In this document: positions 1 through 11,280 of the stretch, in pieces | Layout of the letters: every line of letters begins with the position of its first letter | Position numbering within the stretch: the stretch's first letter is position 1 | Source of the DNA: Mobula birostris | Taxonomy: Eukaryota | DNA: 64,000 bases | Reading direction: 5' to 3' | Assembly (NCBI RefSeq): GCF_030028105.1 | Contig: NC_092387.1 | Location: forward strand, 38,945,590-39,009,589 | Notes under the pieces: generated by a model | The model's database searches: none | Told to the model about the DNA's origin: nothing | The model's input: only the letters and a program-made list of their open reading frames with translations | Program-made: the position numbers and the translations under genes

Positions 1-239
1 ATAGTTTCCCTTAAAATAAAATAAAACTATTTAGCAATGACTTTAATATAGCAAAATGTCATTAGACCTTTCACAGAAGGCTTATCCAACAAGATTTACA
101 AGGAAGCATTAAAAAAATTCCAAAGTTTAAAACTTAGGCAACTGAAAGCATGTCCATTACTGTTGCTGCAATTATATTAACAAATAACAGAAATGCAAAA
201 TCAAGTAATATATTGGTCATTTCATCCAGAATGAACACT

Positions 240-1135
240 TAAAAATTGCAGATGTTTGAATTCTGAAATAAAATTGGAAAATGATGGAAACATTCAGCAA
301 TTCAGGAAGCATGTGTAGATAGATATTTAATGCTTCATGTCAAAATATATTCATTGGAATTGAGAAAGAGAGACAATATTTTTGTCAAGTTGCACAGAGG
401 GTGGGGGAGAAATGCATATTTCAAAAGGAATACTTCTAATAGGGCAAGGCCAGGTTTGCTATGGCAATAAGCAACAATTGATAGGTTAAACATGGAAGAT
501 AGAGAGAAAGAAAATAAACAAAGGAATATGCAAAAGATGTGAATTGAGGATCAGGGGTGTAGGATACTCCCAGCAGATCAGACAGTATTAGAAAGTAGAA
601 ATGAACTGAATTAATAATGGACAATAGAACTAATCAGGTATAGTACAGATAGAGAAAACGCGTTGTCTGGATTTTTTGAAGTTGATATTGAGTCCTAAGT
701 AATGAAGGCTGCAAACTGCCCAGACTTTTGAAGAGTTTCTTTTCCTCAAAGTGATATTCAGCTTTGTTTGTACAGTAAAAGGAAGCAACAGAAAGATAGA
801 TCAGAGTGGGGGAGAGCAGACAGTCATATTATCTTCAGTATGTGCATGCTTCAACCTGTTAACCAGATAGCTTCACAAACATCCTTATCACCATTCAATT
901 CTAGTACTTCCTCTACCAGAGATTTGTTTAGTCTTATCTATTTCTCTCTCACTTTCTTTGCAGTTTCCTTTCTGCAAAGAAAGTGAGAGAGAAAGTACTC
1001 ACTTAATTAAGAGAGTCTTAATTAAGTGAGATTAAAGAGTCTCACTTTAAAGAGTCTTCAATCTGAAATTTGAAATCTGTTTCTCTTTCCACAGGTACTA
1101 CCTGACTTGTTGAGTATTTTCTGCAATTTTAAAAA
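240..1135. mobile_element. Old Penelope-like element relic with an inverted terminal segment
   Basis: 240-360 and 1050-1135 are decayed inverted copies of the repeat terminus also seen at 4874, 5208 and 47890. Around 670-760 resembles the reverse complement of the GIY-YIG C-terminal coding region. Confidence 0.5.
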
Positions 1136-1334
1136 TAATTTTGACCAGTTTTTTTATATTGCTATTCAGTCAAAGCAGTGGTTTGGCTGGATATTCCAAT
1201 GGTATCTATTTCACAAGATCAGAAAGGAAGACTTTAGTAAAATAACTATTAATGGCGTAAGTGTTTGACAATTTATTATTTTTAAATACTTGGAACACTC
1301 GCTATTTAGTGACATGTTCTGTTTGAATACTTAC

Positions 1335-1406
1335 CTATCTGCGGTCAGACTCATCAAGGTTCTACTTGCTGAAGAGAAAACAATAAAAGACATCCGCAGC
1401 TGGGGA
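1335..1406 (-). CDS. ANTXRL: Anthrax toxin receptor family gene, coding exon 3 (vWA domain); the gene continues beyond the left edge
   Basis: ttctttcag|T CCC CAG CTG CGG ATG...GAT AG|gtaagt. 72 nt. Translates (S)[23 protein letters not shown](R), compared with ANTXR1 [25 protein letters not shown]. The intron to exon 2 is 85 nt. Confidence 0.93.
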
Positions 1407-1491
1407 CTGAAAGAAGTTAATTGTTAGTTTAAGTATTTTAAATGTATTAATGACTATATTTGACAATAACAATTTTAAGATGACTTGATAC

Positions 1492-1563
1492 CTCAAAAAT
1501 TTTTCAGCAAGAGCTTCGACAAAAGAATATATTTCACTCCAGTGGTTCATAACACTTCCTGAT
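1492..1563 (-). CDS. ANTXRL: Anthrax toxin receptor family gene, coding exon 2 (vWA domain, MIDAS DxSxS)
   Basis: tttttcag|A TCA GGA AGT GTT ATG AAC CAC TGG...TTT TTG AG|gtatca. 72 nt, phase 2-2. Translates SGSVMNHWSEIYSFVEALAEKFL, compared with ANTXR1 [23 protein letters not shown]. Confidence 0.93.
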
Positions 1564-2544
1564 CTGAAAAAGATATGATTTACTATTATTTACACAAATA
1601 CTGAGAAAATCCTACACAGCTTGAGGAACTATTCTTTGAGACCTTAAATCTCTTAGTTGGATGTACCTTCAAAGAAACAAATAAATGTTGAATGGTGACT
1701 GCTCTTCACCTCAACTGAAATTATTTTTATTGTCTGAAATGGAATGAGATACATATGCAGAACTGAACACAACAAACAGCAAATAACATTATAATTGTTG
1801 GCATCTCATTATCTCCCTCAGCAACTGGTCATTATCTCAATGCTATTTGTAGGACATTTATTCACACCTGGAATATGGGCATAGTAAGTGATACAGATAT
1901 TCATAATTGCTGGTTAATTCTTGGATTTTGATTTGGGCAAAATATGGTGGTAGATTTTGAAATCAGGATGCCGTGTAATTTGAAAAGGAACTTTCAGTGA
2001 TGAGATCCCCATTTATTTGCTTGTCCTTTTTCTTCCAGGTGACAGAAGTCATAGGCTGTGAGGACCTATAGAAGCAGAACAGACAAGCTCTTGGGGTGCA
2101 TTCTGTAAATGGTACATATTATTGTACTATATGCCGATGGTGGAGGAAGTGAATATTCAGCGTGGTGAGTAGACTGTCAGACAGGTAGGCTAACTTGCTC
2201 TGAATGGTGTCTAGCTTCTTGAATGCTCTTGGAATTGCACTTGGAGAATAAACAATCACAGTCAATGTATGACTTGCATTTGGTGGAAAGGCTTCAGGAA
2301 GACCAGAGGGAAACTTGTCACAAAATATCAAAGCCTTCTCATATTCTTCTAGTTGTTATTTATATGCTTCTCCATTTAGCTTTCTACACAATGGTGACAC
2401 CAATGATGTTGACGATACAGATATCTGAAGATGAAATGTCACTGAAAGTCAAAGGGAGACGATTAAGCCATCTTCAAACTGAGAATAAATTTCCTCAAAA
2501 CTGGACATTCATGCGATGCTGTTGGCCATCAGCAAAATGAAATA

Positions 2545-3230
2545 CAGTCGGCCTTCCGTATCCGTAGGTTCCGCATCCGCGGATTCAACCAACCGCGGAT
2601 CAGGATTGAAAAAAAATAAAGTTCTCTCTCCAGCACTCGTTGTTTGAGCACAGATCCTGGCGTTAGTATTATTGAGCCTCCTCCAAAGCGTCCTCATTCC
2701 CTAAACAATACAGTCTAACAACTATTTACATAGCATTTCCATTGTATTAGGTACTATAAGTACTGTAATCTAGAGATGATTAAAAGTATGAGTATTGTTC
2801 GCCTCGCACCTCGTTCATTTGCTACTTGTGTTGTGAGCGTGAGAAAGGAGTTCAAGGCTAGTCAGGGATGGCTGGCTAGCTAGGTAAAGTGCTACAGCCT
2901 CAAGAACCTAAAGACCACAGGAGAATCGGCGTCGGCTAATGCCGAGACAGCATCAGCGTTCCCANNNNNNNNNNNNNNNNNNNNNNNNNNNNNNNNNNNN
3001 NNNNNNNNNNNNNNNNNNNNNNNNNNNNNNNNNNNNNNNNNNNNNNNNNNNNNNNNNNNNNNNNNNNNNNNNNNNNNNNNNNNNNNNNNNNNNNNNNNNN
3101 NNNNNNNNNNNNNNNNNNNNNNNNNNNNNNNNNNNNNNNNNNNNNNNNNNNNNNNNNNNNNNNNNNNNNNNNNNNNNNNNNNNNNNNNNNNNNNNGGAAC
3201 CAAACCCCAGTGGATATGGAGGGCCGACTG
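2545..3230. mobile_element. Non-autonomous TcMar-Tigger (MER2-like) DNA transposon / MITE
   Basis: TA|CAGTCGGCCTTCCGTATCC...GGATATGGAGGGCCGACTG|TA gives terminal inverted repeats with a TA target duplication. The interior resembles MER2. Spans the N-gap 2965-3195. Confidence 0.85.
2965..3195. other. Assembly gap (N run)
   Basis: 231 N. Confidence 1.
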
Positions 3231-3764
3231 TACTGTTTTTCATTGGTCCACATCCTCATGGCCTGGCATAACTCTCACAATTGTTGTTATCAAGTCAAGA
3301 TATCAATCCTAAGTTAAATGAGGAATGTAGAAGAGCATGCCAAGAATAGCAACTGACATACTTAAAACTGAAGCAGCAATTTTGTGAAATAATTGCTTAA
3401 ATAAAGCAATGATCAGTCAAGAATTATAAAGGATAATTAAAGAACTAAGGTGGTGACAGGGGAGGCGGCTCCCCGAACATTCATCTGACAGTGGAGTCAT
3501 CAGTACTGTTCAAATGGAGAGGCTGGAACTGTATCTAGCCAAAATGGTTAAATGGATGACCCCTCTAGCCCTCGTTATGTTGTCCTCAGAAACAAAGAAG
3601 ACAGTTTTCATGTAATTTGGTTTACTTCATAGGATAACAAAAAAGGATATTGGCTACAACAACATCTGTTATGATGAAAACCAGCTACAGAACCAACTTG
3701 GCTGGTTGAGCCATGTTGCAACAATAATCTTGCACTCAACATGAGCAAGACCAAGGAACATATT

Positions 3765-4005
3765 TATTTATTTATTTAATAGATCATACCTCAAAATGTA
3801 TTTTAGAGATATAGAGCAGAACAGGCCCTTCCAGCCCAGCAACCCACCTGTTTAACCTCAGCCTTATCACAGGACAATGTAGAATAACCAATTAACCTCT
3901 GACTGGTACATCTTTGGAATGTGGGAGAAAACCAGAGCACACGGACGAAACACACATTTTAAAGAGGAGGACATACAAACCCCAAACTCCGACGTCCCAA
4001 GATTA
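3765..4005 (-). mobile_element. tRNA-derived SINE (HE1/V-SINE-like)
   Basis: (TTTA)n tail and a body homologous to the reverse complement of the SINE at 48185-48455 and to 19112-19350. Confidence 0.7.
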
Positions 4006-4480
4006 TGAAGTTCAGGAAGCGGAAGTCAGAAGAACATACACCTCTCCTCGCTGAGGGGTCAGTGGTGGAAAGAATGAGCACAACAGATCATAATAGACAC
4101 TACGTATGTGTAAACGTTTTTGAAGAAGGACATGAATCATTGACTGTTTTTCTTTCCATAGCTGCTGCTTGATCTGCTGAGTATTTTCATAATATTCCAC
4201 TATTATTTCAAACTTATAGCACCTGCAGTTTTTTGATTATCATTTACTGTTAAAATCTTTCTTCCATTAGTAGGAAAGCAAAAGAAACCAGAAATATAGA
4301 CAGATTTACAATCCAAATGAATGTCTCCTCACAACAGCAAACACAATTAATTCCAAAAGAGAATCTGAAAAATACAAATACCATGTATGATTATTTTATT
4401 ACATATCACCTATATGAAGAAGATAATGAATCTCTCCTAGTGTGATGGGTGGTATAACCACTGTAAACACTACAAAAACA

Positions 4481-4505
4481 GATTGATTGATTGATTGATT
4501 GATTG
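4481..4505 (+). repeat. (GATT)6 microsatellite
   Basis: Read directly from the sequence. Confidence 0.95.
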
Positions 4506-4592
4506 CTGTTCCATTAAGATTTTGCAATATCCAATGTGACAATCAAATTTGTCTACATAACAAATCACCACATTTCTAAATAGTTCATGATT

Positions 4593-4872
4593 GTTCAAAG
4601 TTCAAAGTAATTTTTATTATCTAAGTATGTACTGTATATATCACCATATACAACCCTGAGATTAATTTTCTTGTGGGCATACTCAGCAAATTTATAGAAT
4701 AGTAAGAGTAATATGATCAATGTAAGATTAACCAGGGCACAGAAGTCAACAAACTGTGCAAATGCAAATCTAAACAAATAGGAATAAATAATGAGAACAT
4801 GAAACAATGAGATGAATAGTCCTTAAAGTGAGATCATTGGCTGTAGGAACATTTCAATAATGAGGTATGTGA
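4593..4872 (-). mobile_element. LINE-derived 3' end fragment with a (TTCAAAG)n tail
   Basis: The same tail sequence occurs in the opposite orientation at 30662-30806 and 53265-53331. Confidence 0.6.
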
Positions 4873-4873
4873 G

Positions 4874-4980
4874 CAACACACACAAAATGCTGATGGAACT
4901 CAGCAGGTCAGGCAGCATCTATGGAGAGGAATAAACAATTGATATTTTGGGTTGAGACCCTTCATCAGGACTGAAAAAGA
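4874..4980 (-). mobile_element. Penelope-like terminal repeat fragment with a decayed hammerhead motif
   Basis: caacacacacaaaatgctg...cagcaggtcaggcagcatctatgg...gagacccttcatcaggactg, homologous to 5208-5312. Confidence 0.7.
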
Positions 4981-5207
4981 AAGAGTAATATATGTGAACC
5001 AACTTGAGAAGTAGGCTTCCAAGTACAGCAATATAATTTTTTTCAAAAATATTTATTGCAAATGAAGAGAGTATTGGGTAATGGGATGATGAGTGAAAGA
5101 TTCAACTGAAGAGTTGTCATGGGGTGCAGCACTTGAGAGACAATAGTGCTGAATTCTGGAATAGCATGTTTTCAGAGATTTTGAATCTAGAAATACATGA
5201 CATTGTG

Positions 5208-6250
5208 GGCAACACACACAAAATGCTAGAGAAACTCAGCAGATCAGGCAGTATCTAAGGAAAGGAATAAAGAGTTGATGCTACAGGCCGAGATTGTTCA
5301 TCAGGACTGGAAAGGAAGGGGAGGAAGACAGAATAAGAAGGGGGAGGAGTACAAGCTAGAAAGTGGCAGGTGAAGCCAGCTGAGGGGGAAGGTAGGTGGG
5401 TGAGGGAGGGGGGAGTAAGTGAAAAGCTGGGAGTTGATAGGTGGAAAAGATAAAGGGCTGACGAAGACAGAATCTGAAAAGAGATGAAAGTGGACCATGA
5501 GTAAAAGGGAAAGAGGAGGGACACCAGAGGGAGGTGTTAAGCAGGTGAGAAGAAACAAAGTGGTAACAGGGGAGCCAGAATAGGGAAAAAAAGAGAAGGG
5601 GGAGGGGAGAAATTACCAGAAGTTAGAGAAATCAATGTTCAAACCATCAAGTTGGAGGTTACCCAGGTGGAACATGAGGTGTTGCTCCAATCGTGGCATT
5701 ACAGGAAGACAGGGACCGACATGTTGGAATGGAAATGAGGATTGGAATTAAAATGGTTGGCCACTGGGACATCCTGAGTGAAAGTGCTCAACAAAGCCAT
5801 CCACAAATCTATGTCACGTCTCTCCAATACAGAGGAGACAGCACCGGGAGCACTGGATACAGTAGGTGAAATGTTGTGTCACTTGAAAGGACTGTTTGGG
5901 GTCCGGAATGGAGGTGAGGGAGGAGGTGAATGGGCAGGTGTAGCACTTTTTCCACTTGCTGGGATAAATGCCAGGAGTGAGATCAGTGGGGAGAGATGAA
6001 TGGACAAGGGAATCTCAGAGAGAGCGATCCCTACAGAGAGTGGGGCAGTGGTGGGGGTTATAGATATGTTTGGTGGGATTGGCGTGCTGGAATCTGGAGC
6101 AAAAAGCAAACTACTGGAGGAACTCACTAGGTCAAGCCGCATCAATGGAGGCAAAGGGATGCCCTTACATCAGGGTCAGCTACCTCTTTGCTGCTATTGA
6201 TGCTGCTGGACTTGCTGAGCTCATCTAGAAGTTTGATTTTGCTTTTGAAA
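5208..6250 (-). mobile_element. Penelope-like retroelement fragment (GIY-YIG C-terminus and terminal repeat)
   Basis: The reverse complement near 5620-5690 reads EQHLMFHLGNLQLDGLNIDFSN, typical of the PLE GIY-YIG C-terminus. A pyrimidine-rich 3' region and a terminal repeat with CTGATGA follow. Confidence 0.7.
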
Positions 6251-6506
6251 CCAGAGTTTTTTTTCCAGGTATGGATCTTAAAAATACTTGGAGAGAACGT
6301 AGGTGACTGAGAGGACTTCAGATTTCGTAAAACAGAAGTTGCTTTGAGATTAAGTTGTCAATGAGACTACGATTGAGGTTATTGAGAACTAGGAGGAAAT
6401 CAGGACCATAAAGTGTCAGTGAGACTGAAGTCTAAACGTGCTTAGAGGTGATGTGCAAAGGAATTGCTTATCATCAAGAGATAATTCTGAGACTAGATTC
6501 TGGACA

Positions 6507-6710
6507 ATATAGAACAGAAATCTACAGCACATTACAGGTCCTGCGGTCCACAACATTGCGCCGACTATGAAACCTACTCTAGAAGCTGCCTAGAATTTCC
6601 CTAATGCATAGCCCTCTACTTTCTCAAACTCCGTGTACCTATCTAAGAGTCTCTTAAAAGACTCTATTGTATTTGCCTCTGCCACCATTGCTGGTAGTGC
6701 ATTCCATCAT
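6507..6710 (-). mobile_element. CR1 LINE 3' end fragment
   Basis: atagaa...ctacagcacattacagg tail, homologous to 61776-61890 and 9901-10150. Confidence 0.7.
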
Positions 6711-8734
6711 TAGATATCCAGTGTTGGAGAGTTAAATATTGGCAGCTAATACAGAGGGGAGAATTTGGGAGATGAATGCTAAAACATAGCTGACAAAACA
6801 CGAATGGTTGGATAGCATCTTCTGTGCTTGAAGTCTATAGTGAAAGCTTTTGACAGATCTGTGCTCTTGGAGCACTTGGGAGATAAGGCAGCAGTATAAT
6901 TTTCAAAAATCAAGGATATAGTTTTAAGGCAACATTCTTCAGATATGAGATCTTCAGTGATCTGGAGATTCAGGAAGAAGTAAGAACAAGGGATTGAGAG
7001 AATTTGTGAAATGTCATAATTAATCCATCAGTAGCAGTGGATCCTGATAGGAAGCATAGTTCTTTTTTGAGAAAGTGGTCAATTTAAAGCTGGAGATGGT
7101 ATGGCCATCAGGAAGTGAGGCAGAGAGTACTAGTTTGGGATATTTGTAGCACTGCTACAAAAAGGATGAATTGCTATTAAGAATAAGATAATTTGCTCCA
7201 AGCATGTTAGAAGAGGTGAACATGTAACATGCAGAAATACAGAATGAGAAATGAAGTTCCCCGCATTCCCCAAAAGCCCAAAGGTACGTACAACTGGAAA
7301 GTGAGTCTTTTATGTGATGAAAATGAGAAGCTTGAAATAAATATTTTTAACCTTGGCGGCAAACTGGTGATTCTGGTGAAGGGCAGGCATTGACAAAGCT
7401 TTGGACATGTTTTAATGTATGCATAAGATTATAGATGGCTCCAAGCCTTTTTTTAAACAGGTATTTCAATCAGTTCATATCCTTATTCAGTTCAAGTGTC
7501 CATGAGATTAATCATTTTATTTTCAAGAAGGAGTCATGGTCAACAATATTTGTCTGAAATTTTTGCCTTTTCAGACTAACTGGATTTCAAGAATTGTTAG
7601 AATGTTGACTGCACCTATGTGGCCATCAGGGATTCATATGTGAACCACAAGATTTATGTGAAATAATTCATGCGGCAAAAATGAATACCGAAAGGATTTC
7701 TATGTTTTGTATACATTGCACATACATCAAAGGCTAAACCTCAAAGAGAGCTCCTGTTACAAATAACTACCAATGTATAATGAAGCTGGTGAATGCTCTG
7801 AAATTATGATCAGCTATTGTGACTCTCTACAGATGGTAAAACCCAATTTTGTCAGCAGGCAAGAGGAATGCCTTGGACCAGGTTTATCCAAACATGGTAA
7901 ATCTATGTGGCATCAAATCTATAAAACTTTAATGTGCTAATAGAAGTTCAAAGGCTTATAGGTACATTTAATTATTCAGAGAAAATTTCAGAAAAGAAGT
8001 TGCAGAGGAAACATGACTTGGTAATCATGAACACATAAACTACTAGCAAATTTCAGAATACGTGGGCAGCCTTGGAAAACTGGCTCTATAACAAGAAATG
8101 GAAATAGTAATTTACAACCACCAAGAAAATACGGACTAATTGTAAACTTTGAACTAGAAGTATTTCTACCCCTCCCAAAATAAATAGCAAACAGAACACT
8201 ATTTAATTGAGATTGTCCTCAAATGCCTGTCCTTGTGGGCATATGCTAATTCACTTACCACAAAACAGTAAATATTCTAACTTATTTCTCTCTACATTGC
8301 AAGGGATCTGCATGATTATCACTTAAAAGTTTGATTGTGAGAAGATTTGTATTCTGCTGAAATAGATTTAAAATATGGATGAGTCTTCTAGTGCTTGAAG
8401 TATAATGATTTTATGAAACCTGCTTTAGAACATTTTCAAACCCACTGTTTTGTTTAGTCACAGAATTATATACAACTGGTGGCTAAATCTGGCTTAGAAA
8501 GCCTTCCTAAATGATCTTTTAAATTTTTTTTTGTCTGTTCTGAGGTACTCGTGGTGGTACCTAGCTGTGTATACTTTGATTTTGTCAGCATTTTTGTTAT
8601 TTTTATTTGAGGTTTTTCCCTCAAATATTTTTCACTTACTTTTAGTTCTTTTAGTTTTAACATGTCACCTTACAAAGAGGTGATCATGGGTATATAAACA
8701 GGAAATCATTGTACCTAACAAAAGCTAATTCTTC

Positions 8735-9545
8735 AAAGACAGCCAGGAAACAAAGAAAAACCATGGAACCTTTTCAAAGTAAAACATCAAACACCCAAAG
8801 TGCAAAAATAGAACAAATTGTGCAAACAGCAAAAAACTTAGTGTAAAGTACAGAACATAAAACATCAAACCGAAAAGTCATTGAAACAGACCTGAACTGT
8901 TCAGTTTAGTTCAGTCCAGTTCAATTTAGCACCCTGTTATTCGTTGACTGCAGGCCACAGAGCCAGCCTGCCCAATCAAAATCACACAATATATCAACAA
9001 AAGAAGAGCAACTAGAAACCAGGAACACATCACAATGTGAACTACAGAGTCTAGTCCACAAACCGCATCAATCAAACCTTGCCAAAGACCCAAGACTCCT
9101 GCACTCTCCTCCAGCAGCATCGAGCGAGAGAGAGAGAGAGCTCAATCAAAAGCAGGCACCTTCATCTGGCACCAGCAAGTGAGAGGGAGAGAAAGACCAG
9201 TCAAACACAGGCAGACAGCACTGAACACCCACTCGCCTTCTGCTCTCAACCTCATTTATTTTAATCTTCCTCAACGTTTTAATCTGCGAGATCTGGAGTC
9301 AATCACGGGCTTGTGTCCCGTCTCCAGGCCATGCACTTCGCTGGAAACCTCACTGAACTCCCTCTGAGACAGCAAAGTGCCAGCTCGGTCAATCGGCTCA
9401 AAAACACACAATCAAAATGTAGATCACAGGCTCCAACAATAGCAGACTCATATCTGGAAGAAGAAGAAGAAGTGAAAGAAGTAGTTTTGTGAACTGTCCG
9501 AAGATTCATGCTTTTGGTCGCGTTGTTTGTGGTGCTATCTTCTTC
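8735..9545 (-). mobile_element. Non-autonomous retroelement of about 0.8 kb (copy 1)
   Basis: Colinear similarity with 20707-21541 (cagcca.gaaacaaagaaa..ccatggaacc...aagactcctg...aagtgccag...acagg.tccaac...gtgaactgtc). Confidence 0.7.
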
Positions 9546-9900
9546 ACAGTCTGTAGATGTGTTTTAGATAAATGGGAACTGATGGATGTACTAAAGGTAT
9601 AAAGTTATTGGTGATAATACAATTCTATGTCTGAACATTTTACCATGGATAGAATTTTGACTAGCTAAAAGAAGACGGCATAAGCACAGCAGGGTGTTTT
9701 CTTGTTGGCAAGATGTGAAGGACACTGTGCCACAGGCATTGATGCTGATGTTTCAACTTTTTACAATTTTTATAAATTACTTTGATGAAAGCATCTCAGG
9801 CAATGTTATTATATTTCTGTTCACATAATGATCAGAAACAAAAGAGCACACAAAAAAATAGAGGACAAGTGCTCCTCTGATCTTTTCAAACCTCTTTTGC

Positions 9901-10950
9901 CATACATAGGACATTGAAGAATATAGCACAATACAGGCTTTTCATCCCACAATGTTGTGCCAAGTTCTTAACCTATTTCAAGATCAATCTAATGCTTTCC
10001 TCCCACAATTCCCTCCATCTTTCTTTCATCCATGTACCCATCTAAGAGTCTCTTAAATATCCCTAATATATCTGTCTCTATCACCATCCTTGCAGTGTGT
10101 TCCATGCACTTACCACTCTCTATGTAAAAAAAAATTACGTCTGACATTGTCCCTATACGTTCATCCAACAACATTAAAAGTATACCCTCTCGTTTTAGCC
10201 ATTGTAACCTTGACGAAAAGGCACTGGCTGTACACTCTATCTAAGCCACTTACCATCTTATACAGTACACCTCTATTACCTACCACCTCTCATCATCCTT
10301 CATTCCAAAGAAAAAAGCCCTAGCTTCCTCAGAAGACATGCTCTCTAATCCAGGCAGCATCCTGGTAAATATCCTCTGCATCCTCTGTAAAGCTTCTACA
10401 TCCTTCGTATAAAGAGGCAACCAGAACTGAACACAATATTTCAAGTGTGGCCTATCCAGGGTTTTATAGAGCTGCAACATTACCTTGTGGCTCTTTAACT
10501 CGATCCCCTGACTAATGAAGGCCAACACACCATACACCTTTTTAACAACCCTATCAACCTACATGGCAACTTTGAGGGATCTATGGATGTGGACCCCAAG
10601 ATCCCACTGTTCCTCCACACTGCTAAGAATCCTACGGTGCCTTCAAGTTCAACGTTCCAAAGTATACCACTTCACACTTCTACAGACTGAACTCCATCTG
10701 CCACGTCTCAGCCCAGCTCTGCATTCTATCAATGTCCTTTCATAACCTATGACAACCTTTTACACTACCCACACCACCACCAATCTTGTATCATCTACAA
10801 ATTACTAACTCACCCTTCCACTTCCTCACCTAACTCAATTGTAAAAATTATCAAGAGCAACAGGCCAAAGAACAATGCCTGCAGAATACCACTAATCATA
10901 GACCTTCAGGTAGAATATTCTCCATCTGCTACCATCCTCTGCTTTCTGTG
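9901..10950 (-). mobile_element. CR1 LINE ORF2 3' fragment, degenerate
   Basis: ORF 10280-10537 reads YGVLAFISQGIE...MLQLYKTLDRPHLKYCVQFW...QRIFTRMLPGL, the CR1 ORF2 C-terminus. A CR1 tail is present at 9901. Confidence 0.88.
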
Positions 10951-11240
10951 GGCAATACTGTTGATCTGCCCAAAGACTCAACTCCTTCTCTGTGCTGATT
11001 CCACATTGTCCTTAATTCTTCAATTTACAAAAGCCTTTTCTTGAAATGCCTCTAATGATCTAGCCTTCAGAACTTTCTAAGTTCAAAAGTTCCAGAGATT
11101 CATCACCCTCTGTGAGAAAAAATTCCTGTACACTGGAGAGTAAAAGGACCATCCCTCATAATGTATTTACTTCCTCTCATTCAAGATTTGAGTGGAAACA
11201 TCTCATCATCTAGCTTGTCAAGTATCCTTAGGATTATACA

Positions 11241-11241
<1 letters not shown>

Positions 11242-11277
<36 letters not shown>
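11242..11277 (+). repeat. (TA)n microsatellite at the Tc1 insertion site
   Basis: Pure TA run abutting the left TIR. Confidence 0.95.

Positions 11278-11280
<3 letters not shown>

Noticed and set aside
2892-3271. ORFs of about 100 aa listed around 2.9-3.3 kb
   Set aside because: Artefacts of translating through the N-gap.
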